DNA from: Candidatus Eiseniibacteriota bacterium
GTDB taxonomy: Bacteria; Eisenbacteria; RBG-16-71-46; CAIMUX01; VGJL01
Assembly: GCA_041946735.1 (NCBI GenBank)
Contig: JBHGAY010000018.1
Span: forward strand, 1-64,000
Reading direction: 5' to 3'
Length of the DNA stretch: 64,000 nt
Shown: positions 6,887 to 16,990 of the stretch, piece by piece
Numbering within the stretch: the stretch's first letter is position 1
How the letters are laid out: each line of letters starts with the position of its first letter
Notes under the pieces: generated by a model
Told to the model about the DNA's origin: nothing
Database searches by the model: none
Seen by the model: the letters and a program-made list of their open reading frames with translations, nothing else
Translations under genes and position numbers: made by a program

Positions 6887-8452
6887 TCAGCGCCGCTCAT
6901 CCGCCGGCATCGCGAGGAACTGGCCGATCCACGCCTCTTCCGCCTTGCGAAGGTCGGCGATCGACAGGTTCGCCGATGGGGAAGCCTGCTGCAGGATGGC
7001 GAACGCCCATCTCGTTCCATCGGGATGGTCGAGATAGCCGGCGATCGAGCTGACTCCCGAATCCCCCAGCGTTCCGGTCTTCGCGCGCAGGGATGGCGCG
7101 CGACCTTCGCGGAAGCGACGCTCCAGCGTCCCTTCGTCTCCTGGACGAGGGAGCGAGGCGTAGAGATCGGGAAAGACCCTTTCCTTGGCAGCCGCCCACT
7201 GCAGCAGAGCGACGAGCTGCGCGGCGGAGATGCGATTCTCGACCGAGAGGCCGCTCCCGTCGACAAGCCGCGGCGCCGGTGAGGCGGGCACGGCTTCGGC
7301 GAACCACGCGGCCACGCGTGCGCTCCCCGCCGCTGCGCTCCCCTGCTCTCCGATGTCGACGAGCAGCAGATCGGCCATGAGGTTGTTGCTGTATCCGTTG
7401 ACCGACCGGACGATTTCGCCGAGCGGCAAGGACGACATCTCCGCCAACACGCGCGCGTCGACCGGAGGAGCGCCCCCGCGGATGCTTCCCGAGCTCGACA
7501 CCCCGTTCTGCGCGAGAAGCCCGCGCAGGATGCCGCCGGCGAGCATCGCCGGATCGGAGCAGGACCGATACACCCCGCCCCCGGGCGGTCCCGCCATCCC
7601 GACGGAGCCACGCACCACCCACACCTCGCCCCCGGCTGGATCGCGGCGCCGCGACACAGCGACCGGCTCGCCTCGTCCCGAGCCGCTCGTCGTCACCGCG
7701 GCGTCCACGGCCACGCCGGGGATCGGGAACGGATCGAGGAAGACTTCGGCCGGCGCGCCGTCGCGGGAGCCGGCCCGGATGCGGAGGAAGAGGTTGTTGA
7801 AGTCGACGGCGAGGATCGAGACGGGGGCGGCGTAAGGGCTGTCGGTGTTCTCGGCCGATCGTCCTTCTTGCAGATCGAGGACGATCGGAGCGTGCACGAC
7901 GAGGTCGCCCGCCACCTCTCGCAAGCCGGTCGCGGCAGCCGCCTCGTGAGCGAGGAGCCATAGGCGCTCGTGGACGAGGAATGGATCCCCCTCGCCCGAC
8001 AGGTAGAGATTCCCCTCGAGGCGTCCATCCTGAAGAGGGCCGTCGGCCCAGAGGCGCGTGACGAACCGGTGGCCGGGCCCGAGCAGATCGAGCGCGGCGG
8101 CCGTGGTGACGATCTTCGCGACGCTGGCGGGAGGCAGAAGGCGGTTCTCGTCGAGCGCGATCGCCGGCGATCCGCCGGCGATCGGAGCGAACGCCACGCT
8201 GGCGGCGACGCCGGGCGCCGGCCGGGCGAGCGTCGCCGCGGCAGCGCCTACGCTGCCGGCCGGAAGCAGAAACGCCAGCGCGAGAAACGATGCGGGTAGG
8301 AGCCGGCGCCGCGCGAAGAAGCGCACGCGGCGAACGTTCCGGGCAGCGAGCCGGCGGTCGGTCCGCAGTGGCAGCGGCGGCGGCGGCGCGATCCTCTTCG
8401 GCTCTCTCTTCGTCTTCGTCTCCTCCTTCCCCTTCGCCGGAGCTTCGCTCAA
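6887..8452 (-). CDS. dacB: D-alanyl-D-alanine carboxypeptidase/endopeptidase (PBP4, peptidase S13)
   Basis: PASVAK (SxxK), GEGDP, SNN, DGSGLS, AKTGTL; start uncertain (TTG overlapping the pheT stop). Confidence 0.9.
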   Translation of the reverse strand: MSEAPAKGKEETKTKREPKRIAPPPPLPLRTDRRLAARNVRRVRFFARRRLLPASFLALAFLLPAGSVGAAAATLARPAPGVAASVAFAPIAGGSPAIALDENRLLPPASVAKIVTTAAALDLLGPGHRFVTRLWADGPLQDGRLEGNLYLSGEGDPFLVHERLWLLAHEAAAATGLREVAGDLVVHAPIVLDLQEGRSAENTDSPYAAPVSILAVDFNNLFLRIRAGSRDGAPAEVFLDPFPIPGVAVDAAVTTSGSGRGEPVAVSRRRDPAGGEVWVVRGSVGMAGPPGGGVYRSCSDPAMLAGGILRGLLAQNGVSSSGSIRGGAPPVDARVLAEMSSLPLGEIVRSVNGYSNNLMADLLLVDIGEQGSAAAGSARVAAWFAEAVPASPAPRLVDGSGLSVENRISAAQLVALLQWAAAKERVFPDLYASLPRPGDEGTLERRFREGRAPSLRAKTGTLGDSGVSSIAGYLDHPDGTRWAFAILQQASPSANLSIADLRKAEEAWIGQFLAMPADERR

Positions 8453-10341
8453 TCCTCGAGCGAGAAGCGAAGCCGCGGAGGCATGCCGCCGAGCGTCTCG
8501 ATCGAGATCTCTGCGAGCACCGCGGGATTCTCGAGACCGAAGGCGGCCAGCCGCTCGGGGTCCACCTCGCCGAGGATGCCGGCCGGCGTCCCGTCCTCGG
8601 TCTTCACCGACGCGCATCGTCCCGCCAGGAACGGAGGCGCTGCGGCCGGCTCCCAGACGAGCGAGCGGCCGAACTCGCGCGCGACCGCTTCGACGATGGC
8701 GCGCACTTCGGTGAATCCCGCCTTCGGCCCGATCATGCCGATGCCGAGCATGCGATGCTCGCGCGCGCCCGTCTCGGCCCCCTCGTCGAGCCAGGTGACG
8801 TCACCGACCTCGAAGACGCGCTGCGGCAGCGGCTGGTGCCGGTTGTGCTCGAAGAGGGCGAGGAGTCCCGGGAGCAGGCTCGTCCGCACGCGCGTCTGCT
8901 CGCCGGAGATCGGGTTCTCGATCCGGACGGCGCGGGGATCCGGCGCGCGGCCGAGAGCCGCGTCGTGCGCCTCGTCGGAGGTGAGGACGATCGAGAGCGT
9001 CTCGAAGAATCCGAGGCCGGTCATCGCCCGCCGCGCGGCGGCGCTGCGCGTCTCGAGGGGCCGGGGGAGGCCGACCGTCCGCGCGGGAAGCAGCGACGGC
9101 AGGATGTTGTGGTAGCCGTAGCCGATCGCCACGTCCTCCATCAGGTCTCGCTCGTGCAGGATGTCGTTGCGGTAGGCGGGAACTTCGACCTCGATGCGTT
9201 CCTCGGAGAGAATGCGCGCCCCGTGACGCATGCGAAGAAGCTGGCGCCGCGTCTCGGCCGCATCCAGCGGCACGCCGAGGAGCTTCGCGGTGGCGGCGAC
9301 GCCGATCGTGACCGGTTGCGGGGCGAGATCGGGCGTGGCGACCGGCCCGGGCCGCGCGGCCTTCCCTTCCGGATCGCTCGCCCCCTCGATCGTGACGGCC
9401 CGCAAGCGGACGCCGGGAAGGCTCTCGAGGAGCGACGTCACGAGGACGTTCAGCGTCCTCTGCACGATCCGCTCCCCCGTTCCGGTCACGTCGGCGAAGA
9501 GCCGGCGCGAGCCGGCGTGCACCCGCGTCCCCTCGCTGTTGATCACCGGCGGCATCGAGAGCACGCGCCCTTCCGCGTCCCGCAGGATCGGATAGCGGGC
9601 GAGCGGGGCGAGCAGATGGCGGTACGCCCGTCCCTTCGGGTGCTCCTCGAGGATCTCGCGAAGCGTCCGCGCCGCCTCCGGGCGGCCGGCCGCGCCGACG
9701 GCGCCGAGCGGCACGAAGCGGTAGCGGTCTGGATCCTCCGTCGTGTATTCGAGGTCGTTGGCGATCGTGTCGAAGTCGTAGACCCCGATCGAGGCGAGCT
9801 TGCGGTTGCGGCCGAGCGCCCAGTGCAGGTTCTCCTGCAGCTTCATCAGGATCTTGATCGAGTCGCCGTCGAGCCGCACGTCCTCGAGGACCGCACAGGC
9901 GAGAAACGGCCTCGACGACCGGGCGTCGCGAACCGACGGATCGACCCGCACGCGCGCCGCGGGCGGACCGACATCGTAGGCGACGGGACCGACCTCCACG
10001 TCGAGATATCCACGGAGAGCGCGCGCGAGCCCGCCCGGATCGAACATGTCGGGGCGTACGGCGAGCAGCTCCATCCGCACGACCTCGAGATCGGGGATCT
10101 CCTCGAGCGTCTCCGGCTCGGCGCGATGATCGGCGTCGCAGGAGGGACAGCGCGCGGGCAGCGCTTCGGTCTGCGTCCGCTCCTCGATCCATCCGCACCT
10201 GCGGCAACGCGTGCGCGGCAGCCGCGCATAGCCCTCGACGTCGCAACCGATCTCCTCGAGGACGCGAAGCAGACGCTCGGCCGGGATTTCGGTCCCGAGG
10301 CGCGCGCGCAGGGCATCGACCGGAATGCCGATCACCGGCAT
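8449..10341 (-). CDS. pheT: Phenylalanyl-tRNA synthetase beta subunit, short archaeal/eukaryotic type
   Basis: MPVIGI start, AVRPDMF, LQENLHWALGRNRKLASIGVYD, SMPPVINSE, YRNDILHERDLMEDVAIGYGY, RTSLLPGLL; 630 aa with no B2 or B8 domain. Confidence 0.93.
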   Translation of the reverse strand: MPVIGIPVDALRARLGTEIPAERLLRVLEEIGCDVEGYARLPRTRCRRCGWIEERTQTEALPARCPSCDADHRAEPETLEEIPDLEVVRMELLAVRPDMFDPGGLARALRGYLDVEVGPVAYDVGPPAARVRVDPSVRDARSSRPFLACAVLEDVRLDGDSIKILMKLQENLHWALGRNRKLASIGVYDFDTIANDLEYTTEDPDRYRFVPLGAVGAAGRPEAARTLREILEEHPKGRAYRHLLAPLARYPILRDAEGRVLSMPPVINSEGTRVHAGSRRLFADVTGTGERIVQRTLNVLVTSLLESLPGVRLRAVTIEGASDPEGKAARPGPVATPDLAPQPVTIGVAATAKLLGVPLDAAETRRQLLRMRHGARILSEERIEVEVPAYRNDILHERDLMEDVAIGYGYHNILPSLLPARTVGLPRPLETRSAAARRAMTGLGFFETLSIVLTSDEAHDAALGRAPDPRAVRIENPISGEQTRVRTSLLPGLLALFEHNRHQPLPQRVFEVGDVTWLDEGAETGAREHRMLGIGMIGPKAGFTEVRAIVEAVAREFGRSLVWEPAAAPPFLAGRCASVKTEDGTPAGILGEVDPERLAAFGLENPAVLAEISIETLGGMPPRLRFSLED

Positions 10342-11855
10342 AGAGGCACCCCTTTCAGCCATTCCGTGTCGGGAAGGTAGAGGTCGCGAATGTCGTTCAG
10401 GTCGTAGCGCATCATCGCGAGCCGCTCGAGCCCGAGGCCCCACGCGAGCACCGGCGCGCGGCAGCCGACCGGCTCGGTCACTTCGGGCCGGAAGACGCCG
10501 GCCCCTCCCATCTCGACCCAATCCTTCCTCTTGTCGAACCAGATGTAGACCTCGACGCTCGGCTCGGTATACGGGAAGAAGCCGGGGCGGAAGCGGAACT
10601 GCTCGAACCCCATCTTGCGGTAGAAGGCAGCCAGCGTCCCGAGCAGGTTCGCGAAGGACGCTTCCGGGTCCACCACGATCCCGTCGACCTGATAGAAGAC
10701 CGGCAGGTGCTTGTAGTCGATCGTCTCGCGACGGAAGACCCTCCCGACCGTGAAGACGCGGCGCGGGCCGATCGGGTCGGCGGCAAGGGCGCGCATCGTC
10801 GTCGCCGTCGTGTGCGTGCGCAGGACCGTCCGCCGCGCCTTCTCGGGATCCCAGCGATAGCGCCACCCGATCGAGCCGGTCTCCCCTCCGTCCTCGTGCG
10901 TCCGCATCACGCGCTCCACGAGAGCGGGATCGCCCGGCAGCGGGGCCGATGCGGGCGCGGAGAGGTAGAAGGTGTCCTGCATCTCGCGCGCCGGATGGTC
11001 CTGTGGCTGGAAGAGCGCGTCGAAGTCCCAGAAGGCGGACTCGACGATCGAGGAGCCGATCTCCTGAAAGCCCATCTCCAGGAAGACGTGGCGCGTCTCG
11101 TCGAGGATGCGCTGAAGCGGATGCTCCTTGCCGGGAACGACCGGCTCGGTCGCGAGCGTCACGTCGTAGGGACGGAGGCGGACCTCGCGCCACTTGCCGC
11201 TCGCGAGCAGCTCGGGGGTGAGCTGGGTCACCTCGATCGCCGCCTCGATCCCCGCGTCGAGACGGGAGCGCCCCTCCGGCGTCAGCCGCGCGACGCGGCG
11301 CGCCTTCTCGCGCACCTCGCACCACGACGGCCGTCCCTTCAGCTGCGCGAGCGCGTCGCCGAGCGCGACGCCGGCCGCTTCCAGCTCCGTCTCGGTCGCC
11401 TTGCCGCCCGCCGCATCGAGGGTACGCAGGAGCCGCTCGTCGTCGGTCGGAGGCGGCTCGGCGCCGATCAGCGCCTCCAGGCGCGGGCCGTCCTTCCTCG
11501 CCCAGCCTCGCCCGGTCAGCCAGCGCAGGCTGCTTCCCGCCTCCTTCGGATCGAGGCCGGACCTCGGGGCCACCTCAGCCATCGCGAGCGATCCGCCCGC
11601 CTCGCGCAGCGCGCGCAGCACGCGCCGTTCCGGCAGGCCTTCCTCGATCCAGCGCCGTCCGTCGGGACGAAGGACGATCTCTCGGTACGGTTGCTCCTCC
11701 ACCGCGACCCATCCCTCAGCCTGCAGCAGCACGGCCGCCGCCGCCACTCGCGCCTGGTCGATCCCCAGCGCTGCCGCCGCCTCGTCGATCCGCTCCCCCT
11801 CGGGCCGCGCGCCGAGGCGCTCGAGCAGGCGGACCTGCTCCTCAGGCAACCGCAT
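10332..11855 (-). CDS. pheS: Phenylalanyl-tRNA synthetase alpha subunit, archaeal/eukaryotic type
   Basis: 507 aa with long N-terminal extension; FWDFDALFQPQDHPAREMQDTFY, HEDGGETGSIGWRYRW, LRTHTT, FFPYTEPSVE, AWGLGLERLAM. Confidence 0.95.
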   Translation of the reverse strand: MRLPEEQVRLLERLGARPEGERIDEAAAALGIDQARVAAAAVLLQAEGWVAVEEQPYREIVLRPDGRRWIEEGLPERRVLRALREAGGSLAMAEVAPRSGLDPKEAGSSLRWLTGRGWARKDGPRLEALIGAEPPPTDDERLLRTLDAAGGKATETELEAAGVALGDALAQLKGRPSWCEVREKARRVARLTPEGRSRLDAGIEAAIEVTQLTPELLASGKWREVRLRPYDVTLATEPVVPGKEHPLQRILDETRHVFLEMGFQEIGSSIVESAFWDFDALFQPQDHPAREMQDTFYLSAPASAPLPGDPALVERVMRTHEDGGETGSIGWRYRWDPEKARRTVLRTHTTATTMRALAADPIGPRRVFTVGRVFRRETIDYKHLPVFYQVDGIVVDPEASFANLLGTLAAFYRKMGFEQFRFRPGFFPYTEPSVEVYIWFDKRKDWVEMGGAGVFRPEVTEPVGCRAPVLAWGLGLERLAMMRYDLNDIRDLYLPDTEWLKGVPLCR

Positions 11856-12651
11856 CGGTCGTTCCCCTTTCTCGTTGATCGTCGTCCACTCCGCCGGCGC
11901 CGCCGCCGGGGCCGTCCCCGCGACGCAACTCCTGCCGGAGATGATGCAGCCCCACGATGGCGGCGGTCTCCGCGCGAAGGCGCGTCGGCCCGAGGCTCCA
12001 GAAAATCGCCCCCGCCACGCGCAGCCTCTCCCTCTCCTCGGGCGAAGCCCCGCCTTCGGGGCCGATCAGCAGGCGCACCGGCGAACCGCGCGCAGCGCCC
12101 GCGGCGCCCGCAGCGCCCGCCATCGGCGGGAGCGCCGCTTCCCCCTCGGGATCGGCAAGGATCACACGCGCCTCGCCTCCCGGCAACTCCGGCGGCTCGG
12201 CGTCGCGGAGATCGGGCAGCCAGCTCCGCTCCGACTGCTTCATCGCCTCGCGCACCATGCGCTCCCAGCGGCGCCGGGCGGCCGGCGTCATCTCTCCGAC
12301 GTTCCGCCTCCAGAGGATCGGCACCAGCGCATCCGCCCCGACCTCGACCGCCTTCTCGAGCATCCACTCCATCCGGGCCCGGTTGTGGAGCAGGGGGAAT
12401 CCCAGCTCGATCTCCGGCGCCGGGCGGCTCTCGTGGCGGGCTTCGAGGCGGATGCCGTCGAGGGCTTCCAGCGTCCCTTGAAGTCGCACGACGTAGATCC
12501 CACCCATTCCGTCTGTTACGCGGCACGTGTCGCCGGCTCGCAGACGAATCACCCGCAGCAGGTGCCGCGCTTCTTCCTCCGGAAAGCGGACGCTCCCATC
12601 GGGGCGGAACGATTCGGGCGGGATGTAGAAAGGGTGCGGATCGCGCGCCAT
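11842..12651 (-). CDS. rsmE: 16S rRNA m3U1498 methyltransferase
   Basis: HLLRVIRL, EKAVEVG, EAMKQSER, IGPEGG, LGPTRLRAETA. Confidence 0.92.
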   Translation of the reverse strand: MARDPHPFYIPPESFRPDGSVRFPEEEARHLLRVIRLRAGDTCRVTDGMGGIYVVRLQGTLEALDGIRLEARHESRPAPEIELGFPLLHNRARMEWMLEKAVEVGADALVPILWRRNVGEMTPAARRRWERMVREAMKQSERSWLPDLRDAEPPELPGGEARVILADPEGEAALPPMAGAAGAAGAARGSPVRLLIGPEGGASPEERERLRVAGAIFWSLGPTRLRAETAAIVGLHHLRQELRRGDGPGGGAGGVDDDQRERGTTDAVA

Positions 12652-12668
12652 CGGATCGCCGGGTCGGG

Positions 12669-13826
12669 TTAGGAGAAGGTGTCCCGCACCCGGTCGAAGA
12701 ATCCCTTCTCGGCCTTCGGCGCGTGGTCGCCCTCGAGACGGCGGAGCTGCTCGTACAGATCCTTCTCTCGCGCGGAGAGCTTGTCGGGGATCCGGATCTC
12801 GACGCGGATCAGCTCGTCCCCCGGCTGCTTCGATCGCAGCGAGCGGATCCCCTTGCCGCGCAGCCGCAGCACCTTCCCCGACTGGATGCCGGCCGGCACG
12901 TCGACCAGCACGCGCCCGGTCAGCGTAGGCACCTCGACCTTGGTGCCGAGCGCGGCGAGCGGCGGCGTGAGCGTGATTCGGGTCAGGATGTCGTCGCCAT
13001 GGCGCTCGAACACCTCGTGCGGCTTCTCCTGGAAGATGACGATCAGGTCGCCGGGTGGCGCGCCGCGCAGGCCCTGGTGCCCGTGGCCACGCATCGTCAT
13101 GTAGTTGCCTTCCATCACTCCCGCCGGGATGTTGACGCTCACCGTCTCGCTCCCGTCGATCCGCCCTTCGCCGCCGCACTGGGTGCAGGGATTCTTCACC
13201 ATCTGCCCCTCGCCGCGGCAGCGCGGGCAGGTGGTGACGTTGACGATCTGCCCGAAGAACGAGCGCTGCACCTGGCGGATCTGTCCGGACCCCTCGCATT
13301 GCGGGCAACGCGTCACCGACCCGCCCGGCTCCGAGCCGCTGCCGTTGCACCGAGGGCAGAGGACCTTCTTCTTCACGCGGATCTTCTTCTCGGCGCCGGC
13401 CGCGACCTCCTCCAGCGTGAGCTTCAGACGAATCTGGATGTCGCCGCCGCGCATCTCGCGCCGCGCGAAACCTTCCCCTTCGTCCTCGAAGCCGAACCCG
13501 CCGCCGAAGCCGCCGAACTCCCGCATGAACGCCCGTAGCGCGTCGGAGAGATCGAACCCGGGGGCGGTGCCGCCGCGCGTGCCGCCTGCCGCGTAGCTTT
13601 GATCGACCCCCGCGTGCCCGAAGCGGTCGTAGGCCGACCGCTTCTCGCTGTTCGTCAGGATCTCGTAGGCCTCCGTGGCCTCCTTGAACTTCTCCTCCGC
13701 CTCCTTGTTGCCGGGATTGCGGTCGGGATGGTACTGCAGGGCCAGCTTGCGGTACGCCTTCTTGATCTCGTCAGCCGCGGCGGAGCGTTCCACGCCCAGC
13801 ACCTCGTAGTAGTCCCGTTTCGCCAA
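12669..13826 (-). CDS. dnaJ: Chaperone DnaJ
   Basis: J-domain HPD motif, G/F region, four CxxCxGxG repeats. Confidence 0.97.
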   Translation of the reverse strand: MAKRDYYEVLGVERSAAADEIKKAYRKLALQYHPDRNPGNKEAEEKFKEATEAYEILTNSEKRSAYDRFGHAGVDQSYAAGGTRGGTAPGFDLSDALRAFMREFGGFGGGFGFEDEGEGFARREMRGGDIQIRLKLTLEEVAAGAEKKIRVKKKVLCPRCNGSGSEPGGSVTRCPQCEGSGQIRQVQRSFFGQIVNVTTCPRCRGEGQMVKNPCTQCGGEGRIDGSETVSVNIPAGVMEGNYMTMRGHGHQGLRGAPPGDLIVIFQEKPHEVFERHGDDILTRITLTPPLAALGTKVEVPTLTGRVLVDVPAGIQSGKVLRLRGKGIRSLRSKQPGDELIRVEIRIPDKLSAREKDLYEQLRRLEGDHAPKAEKGFFDRVRDTFS

Positions 13827-13958
13827 GCTCGAAGCCTCCTTCCACCCGTGCGTCCCTTCGCTCGCGTCCTGGGAATCCGCCGGAGGCGAGGGGACCGCCC
13901 GATCCTATCCCATCCCGCGAGCCCTGCGCACCCGCGGCCGTTCGGATCGCTCGAGCGT

Positions 13959-14900
13959 CTACTCCGCGCCCTCCGCGGATCGCCGCCGCCCGCGGAGCGC
14001 CCGATGCACCTTCGAGGGAAGCGCGTGGCCGAGGCGCGGCTCGATTGCGGCCGCCGCCTCGACGACGGCGTCGAGGTCAACGCCGGTCTCGATGCCGATC
14101 CCGCGGAGGAAGTAGACGAGATCCTCCGTCGCCAGGTTGCCGCCCGCTCCGGGGGCGTAGGGGCAGCCGCCGAGACCGCCGGCCGAGCTGTCGAACGTCG
14201 CGGCTCCCTCGTCGAGCGCCGTCGCGACGTTGACGATCCCCATGCCGTAGGTGTCGTGGAAGTGGAACGCGAGCTTCTCGATCGGAAGCAGCGCGCGCGC
14301 GGCGGCGAGGAACGCTTCCACCTCGCGCGGCGTCGCGGCTCCGATCGTGTCGCCGACGGACACTTCGTCGCAGCCGAGGGCGAGGAGCGACGCCGCGATC
14401 GAGACCGCCTTCGCCGGATCGATCCCCCCTTCGTAGGGACAGACGAACGCGGTCGATAGATAGCCGCGCGTCCGAAGCCCTTCCACCCGCGCCCTCTCGA
14501 GGACGGGACGGAAGCGGTCGAGCGACTCGGCAATCGAAGCGTTCGTGTTGCGCCGGTTGAACGTCTCACTCGCCGCGGTGAAGACGGCGATCGAGCGGAT
14601 GCCGCAGGCGAGCGCGCGCTCGAGCCCCTTCTCGTTCGGAACGAGCGCCGTGTAGACCGTCCCTTCGCGAGGGACGAGGGCCCGCGCGACCTCCTCGGTC
14701 GCCGCCATCTGCGGCACCCAACGCGGGCTCACGAACGCGCCGACCTCCACTTCGGGCAGGCCGGCGGCGGCGAGGCGCGCAACCAGGCGCACGCGCTCCT
14801 CGACCGGGATCGGCTCCGCCTCGTTCTGCAGGCCGTCGCGCGGCCCGACTTCGACGATCCGCACGCGCTTCGGCGTTCGGGCGGATCCCGCGCCGGTCAC
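13959..14900 (-). CDS. Hydroxymethylglutaryl-CoA lyase (LiuE)
   Basis: [36 protein letters not shown]. Confidence 0.93.
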   Translation of the reverse strand: MTGAGSARTPKRVRIVEVGPRDGLQNEAEPIPVEERVRLVARLAAAGLPEVEVGAFVSPRWVPQMAATEEVARALVPREGTVYTALVPNEKGLERALACGIRSIAVFTAASETFNRRNTNASIAESLDRFRPVLERARVEGLRTRGYLSTAFVCPYEGGIDPAKAVSIAASLLALGCDEVSVGDTIGAATPREVEAFLAAARALLPIEKLAFHFHDTYGMGIVNVATALDEGAATFDSSAGGLGGCPYAPGAGGNLATEDLVYFLRGIGIETGVDLDAVVEAAAAIEPRLGHALPSKVHRALRGRRRSAEGAE

Positions 14901-15478
14901 GTTGCGGAATCCTCTTCACGCGCGTCCGCGGAATCGTCCGGTGTGCCGCCGGCCTCCGGAAGCGGATCGAGGACGAGAAGCACGTCCCCCTGCTGGACCG
15001 GACGGCCCGCCGCGCAGGCGAGCCGCGAGACCGTGCCGGCGAGGGCCGCGCGGATCTCCGTCTCCATCTTCATCGCCTCGAGCACCAGGAGCGTCTGCCC
15101 CGCTTCGACGCGCTCCCCCTCGCTCACGCGCACCTCGCGGACCGTCCCCGTCATCGGGGAGCAGACCGGCCCGTGCCCCTTTGCCGCGCCGCCCGCTACG
15201 CCCCCATCCGCTCCGGCGCCGCGGCCGCGGCTGCGGCGGCAGAGCTCGTAGCGGTGGGTCCGGCCATCCACGTGCACCCAGACCTGCGAGCCGCGGCGGG
15301 CGGCGTAGGCGAGGCGCATCGCGTGCCCGTCGTGCAGGAGGAAGCCTCCTCCGGGCAGACGCGAGATCGAGTAGGAGACGTTCCGCCCGCCGACCGAGAG
15401 CAGGAGCGTGTCGCCGCGCAGCTCCGCGGCGACTTCGCTCTCGAAGCCGTCGCAGCCGTAGATCCGCTCGATGCGCAC
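14897..15478 (-). CDS. BT-like plus biotin carboxyl carrier subunit of acyl-CoA carboxylase
   Basis: SPMTGTV and EAMKME biotinylation motif. Confidence 0.88.
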   Translation of the reverse strand: MRIERIYGCDGFESEVAAELRGDTLLLSVGGRNVSYSISRLPGGGFLLHDGHAMRLAYAARRGSQVWVHVDGRTHRYELCRRSRGRGAGADGGVAGGAAKGHGPVCSPMTGTVREVRVSEGERVEAGQTLLVLEAMKMETEIRAALAGTVSRLACAAGRPVQQGDVLLVLDPLPEAGGTPDDSADAREEDSAT

Positions 15479-15481
15479 CGG

Positions 15482-16990
15482 CTAGATTCCTCCCCTCCAC
15501 GGCGAGTACGGATCGCCGCCGGAGCCTCCGAGCGCCGCTCCGGCGCCCGGCGCGCCGCCCGCCCCTCTTCCCGGCGCTTCGAAAAGCTCGGCCATCGCCG
15601 CGGCCGCGAGGCGCTGATCCGGCGCTTCCGGCTCGCAGCCGGTCCATCCGCCGAATGCCTCCTCCACGAAACGCGTCGTCTCCTGGCCGGCGGCGAAGCG
15701 CGGGTGCGCCAGCACGTCCTGCAGGAACGGGAGGTTCGTCGCGACGCCGAGGACGACCATCTGCGAGAGCGCGCCGCAGAGGCGGCGGCGCGCGAGGTCC
15801 CGCTCCCCATGGTGCGCGATGACCTTCGCGAGGATCGGGTCGTAATGGACGGTCACCTCGCTGCCCGCGAGAATCCCCGAGTCGACGCGGATCCCCGGTC
15901 CCGACGGCTCGCGATAGAGCAGGACCGTGCCGGCGGCCGGCAGGAAGCCGTTCTTCGGATCCTCCGCGTAGACGCGCGCCTCGATCGCGTGTCCTCGAAG
16001 AACCACGTCGCCCTGCGTGACCGGGAGCGGCTCGCCGGAGGCGATGCGGAGCATCGCATGGACGATGTCGATCCCCGTGACGGCTTCGGTGACCGGATGT
16101 TCCACCTGAAGCCTCGTGTTCACCTCGAGGAAGTAGAAGCTGCCGTCGGGGGCGAGCAGGAACTCCACGGTCCCCGCGTTGCGGTAGCCCGACTCGCGCG
16201 CGAGGGCGATCGCCGCCTCCCCCATGCGCGCGCGCAGGCGATCCCCGACCGCCGGCGAGGGGGACTGCTCCACGATCTTCTGATGGCGGCGCTGGACCGA
16301 GCAGTCCCGCTCGCCGAGATGGATCGCGCGCCCGCCCGCGTCGCAGAGGATCTGGATCTCCACGTGACGGACGTCTTCGAGAAGCCGCTCGAGGAGAAGC
16401 CGGCCGTCCCCGAAGGCCGCCTCCGCTTCGCGGCCCGCGGCGGCGAGCGCAGCAGGCAGATCCTCGAGCCGGTCGACGCGCCGCATCCCTTTCCCGCCGC
16501 CGCCCGCCGAAGCTTTCACGAGCAGGGGGAAGCCGATCTTGCGCGCTTCCTCGAGCATGCGGGCCGGATCGTCCGCATCCCCCTCGTAGCCGGGGACGAC
16601 CGGCACCCCCGCGCGCATCGCGAGGCTCCGCGCCCTCCGCTTGTCGCCCAGCGCCTGCATCGCCTCGGCCGGGGGACCGACGAAGCGGAGGCCCGCCTCC
16701 TCGCAAGCGGCGGCGAAGGCGGGCGATTCCGCGAGGAAGCCGTAGCCTGGGTGGATCGCGTCGGCCCCGGCGCGTCGCGCGGCCTCGAGCAGCGCCGGGA
16801 TCGAGAGGTAGCTCTCGAGCGCGGGTGCGGGACCGATCCGCTCCGCGCGGCCGGCCTCGGTGAGGTGCCGCGCTGCAGCGTCCGCGTCGGAGTAGACCGC
16901 GACCGTGTCGATCGAAAGCTCCCGCGCGGCCCGCAGGATTCGGATCGCGATCTCGCCTCGATTGGCGACGAGGAGACGGCGAATCGTCAT
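15482..16990 (-). CDS. Biotin carboxylase subunit (methylcrotonyl-CoA carboxylase alpha, BC part)
   Basis: LLVANRGEIA, HPGYGFLAE, KASAGGGGKGMR, ERDCSVQRRHQK, EVNTRLQVEHPVTE. Confidence 0.94.
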   Translation of the reverse strand: MTIRRLLVANRGEIAIRILRAARELSIDTVAVYSDADAAARHLTEAGRAERIGPAPALESYLSIPALLEAARRAGADAIHPGYGFLAESPAFAAACEEAGLRFVGPPAEAMQALGDKRRARSLAMRAGVPVVPGYEGDADDPARMLEEARKIGFPLLVKASAGGGGKGMRRVDRLEDLPAALAAAGREAEAAFGDGRLLLERLLEDVRHVEIQILCDAGGRAIHLGERDCSVQRRHQKIVEQSPSPAVGDRLRARMGEAAIALARESGYRNAGTVEFLLAPDGSFYFLEVNTRLQVEHPVTEAVTGIDIVHAMLRIASGEPLPVTQGDVVLRGHAIEARVYAEDPKNGFLPAAGTVLLYREPSGPGIRVDSGILAGSEVTVHYDPILAKVIAHHGERDLARRRLCGALSQMVVLGVATNLPFLQDVLAHPRFAAGQETTRFVEEAFGGWTGCEPEAPDQRLAAAAMAELFEAPGRGAGGAPGAGAALGGSGGDPYSPWRGGI

